A stretch of 64,000 bases of DNA. Source: the human T2T-CHM13v2.0 reference genome, Homo sapiens. A program made the translations under genes and the position numbers. Position 1 is the stretch's first letter. The number at the start of each line of letters is the position of its first letter. The notes beneath the pieces were generated by a model that was not told the origin of the DNA, made no database searches, and saw nothing but the letters and a program-made list of their open reading frames with translations. Shown here one piece after another: positions 58,701-64,000 of this stretch. The stretch is taken from assembly GCF_009914755.1 (NCBI RefSeq), contig NC_060940.1, one strand, 5' to 3'.

Positions 58701-59704
58701 TCCATTCGGTGATTTCATTACATTCCATTCGAGGATGATTCCATTCGATTCCATTCGATGATTCCATTCAATTCCATTCGATGATGATTCCATTCCAGTC
58801 CATATGATCATTCCATTTGATTTCATTCGATGATGATTCCATTCGATTCCATTCGATGATTCCATTCTATTCCATTCGATGATGATTCCACTCGAGTCCA
58901 TTCGATGATTCCATTCGAGTCCATTTAATGATTCCATTGGGTTCAATTCAATGATGATTACATTGGATTCCGTTCTATGATTCCATTCAATTCCGTTCAA
59001 TGACAATTTGATTCCATTCGATGATGATTCCATTTGAGTTCATTCGATGATTCTATTCGATTCTCTTCGATGGTGATTCAATTCTATTATATTGGATGAT
59101 TCCATTCGATTCCATTTGATGTTGATTCAATTCGATTCTATTCGATGATGATTCCATTGGATTTCACTTGATGATTCTATTCGATTCCATTCAATGATGA
59201 TTCACTTCTCGTCCATTGGATGATTCCATTTCATTCCATTCGATGATGATTCCATTCGATTCCATTCGATGATTCCATTTGATTCCATGCGTCGGTGAGC
59301 AATTCGATTCAATTCCATGATGATTCTATTTGATTCAATTAGATGATGTTTCCATTCGAATCCATTCCATGATTATTCCATTGGAATCCATTCGGCGATG
59401 ATTCCATATGAGTCAATTCAATGATGATTCCATATGGGTCCGTTCGATGATAATTCCATTTGATTTCATTTGATGCTTCTATTCTATTCCAGTCGATGAT
59501 GATTCCGTTGGAGTCCATACGATGATTCCATTTGATTTCATTTGATGATGATTCCATTCGATGATGATTACATTGGATTCCATTCTATGATTCCATTCAA
59601 TTCCATTCGTTGATGATTCGATTCCATTCAATGATGATTCCATTTGAGTTCATTCGATGATTCTATTCGATTAAGTTCGATGGTGATTCAATTCTCTTAT
59701 ATTG
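49719..59704 (+). repeat. Composite higher-order repeat copy 3 (9986 bp): B-C-B'-E'
   Basis: ORF offsets 49854/59840 and 48649/58635 both equal 9986. C at 52018-53848, E' at 56076-59704. Confidence 0.9.
59331..59341 (-). promoter_or_regulatory. DUX4-type binding motif TAATTGAATCA
   Basis: + strand TGATTCAATTA at the homologous position of arm E'. Confidence 0.55.
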
Positions 59705-62700
59705 GATGATTCCACTCGATTCCATTTGATGATTATTCCATTGGAGTCCACTTAGTGAATCCTTCAGATTCTACTTGAAGATGATTCCATTCAAGTCCAT
59801 TCGATGATACCATTCAATTCCATTCGTTGATGCTTCCTTTCAAGTGCATTCGATGATATCATTCGATTCCATTTGATGATAATTCCATTTGATTCCATGC
59901 GATGATTCTATTCGATTCCATTCAATGATAATTCCATTCAGTTCAGTGATTCCTCTGGACTCCATTTGATGATGATTCCATTCAATGATTCCATTCGATT
60001 CTATTCGAAAATGATTCCATTTGAATCCATTTGATGATGATTCCATTAGATTCCATTTGATGATTCCATTCGATTCCATGCGACGATGATTCCATTCGAT
60101 TCCGTGTGATGATTCCATTCTATTCTATTCGATGATGATTCCATTCGATTCCATTCGATGATGATTGGATTCGATTCCATTTGATGATTTCATTTGATTC
60201 CATTCGTTAATGATTTCGATCAATTCCATTCGATGATTCCATTCGATTCCATTCGATAATGATTACATCCGTGTCCATTCAGTGATTCCATTTGAGCCTG
60301 TTCGATAATTCCATTTGAGTCCAACCAATGATTCCATTCATTTCCATTCAATGATTCCATTCGAGTCCATTTGATCATTCCGGTAGGGTCCATTCGATGT
60401 TGATTCCATTGGAGTGCATTCGATGATTCCATTCGAGTCCATTTTATGATTTGATTCGAGTCCTTTCGATGATTCCATTCGATTCCACTCGATGATGATT
60501 CATTCGAGTCCATTCGACACTTCCAATCGATTCCATTTGATGTTTCCATTCGAGTCCAATTGATGATTCCATTCAATTCCATTCGATGATGATTCCGTAC
60601 GATTCCATTCTGTGATGATTCCATGTGATTGCATTCAATGATGATTCCTTTCGATTGCATTCGATTATGATTCATTTCGTGTTCATTCTATGGTTCCACA
60701 GGTTTCCATTCGATGACGTTTCCGTTCGTGTCCATTCCATTATTCCATTCTATTTCATTTGATGATGATTCCATTCGATTCCATTCATTGGTGATTCCAC
60801 TCAATTCCATTCAATGATTCCGTTCCATTTCTTTCAACAATGATTCCATTAGTTTCTATTCGATGATCCACTTGATTCCATTTGGCGATGATTCCATTCG
60901 TGTCCATTCGATGATTCCATTTGATTCCATATGATGATGATTCCATTCGATTCCATACGATGATGATTCCATTCGAGTCCATTCAATGGTGATTCCATTC
61001 AATTCCATTCGATGATTCCTTCCGATTCCATTCGATGATGATGGCATTCGATTCCTTTCAATCATTCCCTTTGATTCCATTCAAAGGTGATTTCATTCAA
61101 GTCCATTCGATAATTGCATTCGATTCCATTCTATGATGATTCCATTCGAGTCCATTTGATGATTCCATTCAATTCAAGTCAATGATGATTCCATTCAATT
61201 CCACTCGATGATTCCATTGGATTCCATTCGATGATGATTCCATTCAAATCCATTCGATAATTCAATTCAAGTCCATTCGATGATGATTCCAATCGAATCC
61301 ATTCAAAGATTCCATTCAATTCCATTCGATGACGATTCCCTTAGATTCCATTCGATGATTCCACTTGATTCCATTTACGATGATTCCATTCGATTCCATG
61401 TGATGATTCCATTCAATTCTATTCAATGATGTTTCCATTTGATTCCATTGGACCATGATTGCCTTTGATTCCATTCAATGATTCCATTCGGTTCCATTTG
61501 ATGATGATTCCGTTCGATTCCATTTCATTATTCCATTTGATTCCATTGGATGAGTCCATTCGATTACATTCGATGATAATTCCATTCGAGTGCATTAGAT
61601 GATTGCATTCGAGTCCATTCGATGATTCCATTCGATTCCATTCGATGTTGATTCTGTTCAAATCCATTCGATGATTCCACTCGATTCCATTCGATGACTC
61701 CATTTGATCCCATTCGATGATTTCCTGTGATTCCCTTTGATGATCATTCTATTTGATTCAATTCGGTGATTTCATTTCATTCCATTCAGTGATGTTTCCA
61801 TTCGACTGTATTCCATGATGATTCCATTCGACTCCATTCGATTATGATTTCATTCAATTCCATTCAATAATGATTCCCTTCGAGTCCATTCGATGATTCC
61901 ATTCGATTCCATTCAACGATGATTTGATTCGTTTCCATTCGATGATTCCATTTGATTCCACTTGATGATGATTCCATTCGAGTCCATTTGATGATTCCAT
62001 TCGAGTCTATTTATGTATTGTATTCGTGTCCACTTCATGATTCCATTCAATTCCATTTAATGTTGATTCCATTTGATTCCATTTGATGATTCAGTTCGAT
62101 TCCTTGCAATGATTCCCTACGATTCCTTTCTATGATGATTCCATTCGATTCCATTCATTGATGATTTCATTCGACTCCATTCGATGATGATTCCTTTCGA
62201 TTCCATTTGACGATGTTTCCATTCGAGTCCATTCGATGATGATTCTATTCAATTCTGTTCTATTATGATTCCATTCGATTTCATTCAATGCTTCTATTTG
62301 ATTCCATTCGATGATGATTCCATCTCTTTCCCTTCGATGATTCCATTTGATTCCATTCAGTGATGATTCCATTTGATTCCATCTGATGATGATTTCACTT
62401 GATTCCTTTCAATGATGATTCAATTCAAGTCCATTCGATGATTCCATTGGAGTCCAAACGATCATTCCGTTCGATTCCATTCAATGGTGATTCCATTCAT
62501 GTCCATTCGATGAATCCATTCAATTCCATTCGATGATGACTCCATTCGAGTACATTCGATGATTCCATTTGATTCCATTGGAAGATGATTCCATTCAATT
62601 CCATTCGAAGATGATTCCATTCAATTCCATTCGATGATGATTCCGTATGAATCCATTCTCTGATTATTCCATTCGATTCCATTCATTGACGATTCCATTC

Positions 62701-64000
62701 AATTCCATTCAATGATGATTCTCTTCTATTCCATTCGATGATTCCGGTCGATGCCATTCGATGATGATTCCATTAGATTCCATTCGATTGTTGCATTCGA
62801 TTCCCTTCGATGATGATTCCTTTGAATTCCATTCGATTATCATTCCGTATGAATCCATTTGATGATTATTCCATTGGATTCCTTTCGATGATGATTCCAT
62901 TCGATTCCATTTGATGATGTTTCTCTTGTATTCCATTGGATAATTCCTTTCAGTTCCCTTCGATGATTATTCTTTCGAGTCAATTCGATGATTCTATTCC
63001 ATTCCCTTCGATGATGATTCCATTTCACTCCATTTGATGATTCCATTCGACTCAATTTGGTGATGATTCAATTCGATGACATTCGATGACTCCATTCAAT
63101 TTCATTTGATGATGATTACATTCGAGTCCATTTGATGATTGTATTCCTTTCCTTTTGATGATTATTCCATTCGTGTCTATTCAAAGGTTCCATTCTATTC
63201 CATTCAATGATGATTGCATTTGATTCCATTCAATGATTATGGCTATCGATTCCACTCGTTGATTCCATTTGATTCCGTTCGATGATTATTCTGTTAGATT
63301 CCATTAGAAGATTCCATTCGATTTTATTCAATGATTCCAATGGATTCCATTCAATGATGATTCCATTCGACTCCATTCAGTGATTCCATTCGAGTCCATT
63401 TGATGATTCCATTCTTTTCCATTTGATGATGATTCCATTAGGGTCCATTCAATGATTCCATTCGAGTCCATTCGTTAATGCCTTTCGAGTCCTTTTGATC
63501 ACTACATTCGAGTCCATTCAATGATTCTATTCGATTCCATTCCATGATGATTCCATTCGAGTTCATTCGATGATTGCATTCGAGTCCATTTGATGATTCC
63601 ATATGATTCCCTTCGACAATGATTCCATTCGTGTCCATTTGATGATTCCATTCATTTCCTATCGATGAAGATTCCATTCAAGTGTATTCGATGATTCCAT
63701 TCAAATCCATTCGATGATGATTCCATTCCAGTCCATTCGATCATTCCACTTGATTCCATTTGATGACTATTCCATTCAAATCCATTTGATGATTCCATTC
63801 GATTCCATTCGATGTTACCATTCGAGTATATACGATGATTCCACTCGATTCCATTTGATGATTATTCCATTGGAGTCCACTTAGTGAATCCTTTAGATTC
63901 TACTCGAAGATGATTCCATTCGAGTCCATTCGATGATACCATTCAATTCCATTCGTTGATGCTTCCATTCAAGTGCATTCGATGATATCATTCGATTCCA
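59705..64000 (+). repeat. Composite higher-order repeat copy 4, cut by the window end (B-C and start of next B at 63834)
   Basis: B and C landmarks occur in order, with C at 62003-63833. Confidence 0.88.

Larger units (their letters stand above)
1..64000 (+). repeat. Satellite II (HSat2/HSATII) pericentromeric tandem array, probably HSat2B-like; CATTC strand on +
   Basis: Every line consists of degenerate CATTC pentamers in 23/26-bp monomers (ATTCCATTCG followed by 1-2 ATG). The HSat2-type CATTCGATTC and GAGTCCATTC are frequent, unlike the long (CATTC)n runs of HSat3. No non-satellite sequence was seen. Confidence 0.98.

Noticed and set aside
60220-60675. Longest ORF (151 aa)
   Set aside because: It is a fusion of two spurious frames caused by a 1-bp deletion at ~60500 (gatgattcattcg versus gatgatttcattcg) seen in one copy only.
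83-63677. Numerous minus-strand ORFs (60-151 aa; MESSNGIEWNH-like)
   Set aside because: These are low-complexity translations of GAATGGAATCATC repeats, where ATG is built into the monomer. They overlap in several frames and open or close at random between copies. The + strand lacks ORFs because GATGAT supplies TGA stops.
1-64000. CRISPR-like array or other prokaryotic repeat system
   Set aside because: There are no unique spacers, leader or cas genes; the sequence between repeats is the same satellite.
1-64000. HSat3, alpha satellite/CENP-B boxes, transposon insertion or inversion
   Set aside because: CATTC runs reach only about three copies. I saw no 171-bp monomer, no Alu/L1 or poly(A), and no switch to GAATG on the + strand.

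Overview
The whole 64 kb window is one uninterrupted human/hominid satellite II (HSat2/HSATII) array. It is CATTC-derived, with 23/26-bp monomers such as GATTCCATTC-GATGATTCCATTC and frequent CATTCGATTC, GAGTCCATTC and GATGATG, and it keeps one orientation throughout. I see no protein-coding gene, RNA gene, transposon, alpha satellite or inversion; every ORF in the track is a minus-strand artefact of the satellite. I found no novel gene system. The interest lies in the repeat architecture. A shared ~2.3-kb core (B) is followed by one of two arms: C (1831 bp) gives a 4.13-kb unit and E (3.6-3.8 kb) gives a 5.85-6.09-kb unit. From ~29.8 kb onward the two units alternate strictly as a ~9.98-kb composite higher-order repeat (B-C-B'-E'). 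The left ~30 kb is rearranged, with a 731-bp triplication, 2181-bp and 3190-bp truncated periods, microhomology junctions and chimeric copies. Each E-arm tail carries one exact DUX4-type motif (TAATTGAATCA). The 6.09-kb unit suggests HSat2B, as on chr16q11.2 (inference). Coordinates were derived by eye from landmark k-mers and ORF-track offsets and may be off by a few bases at junctions.
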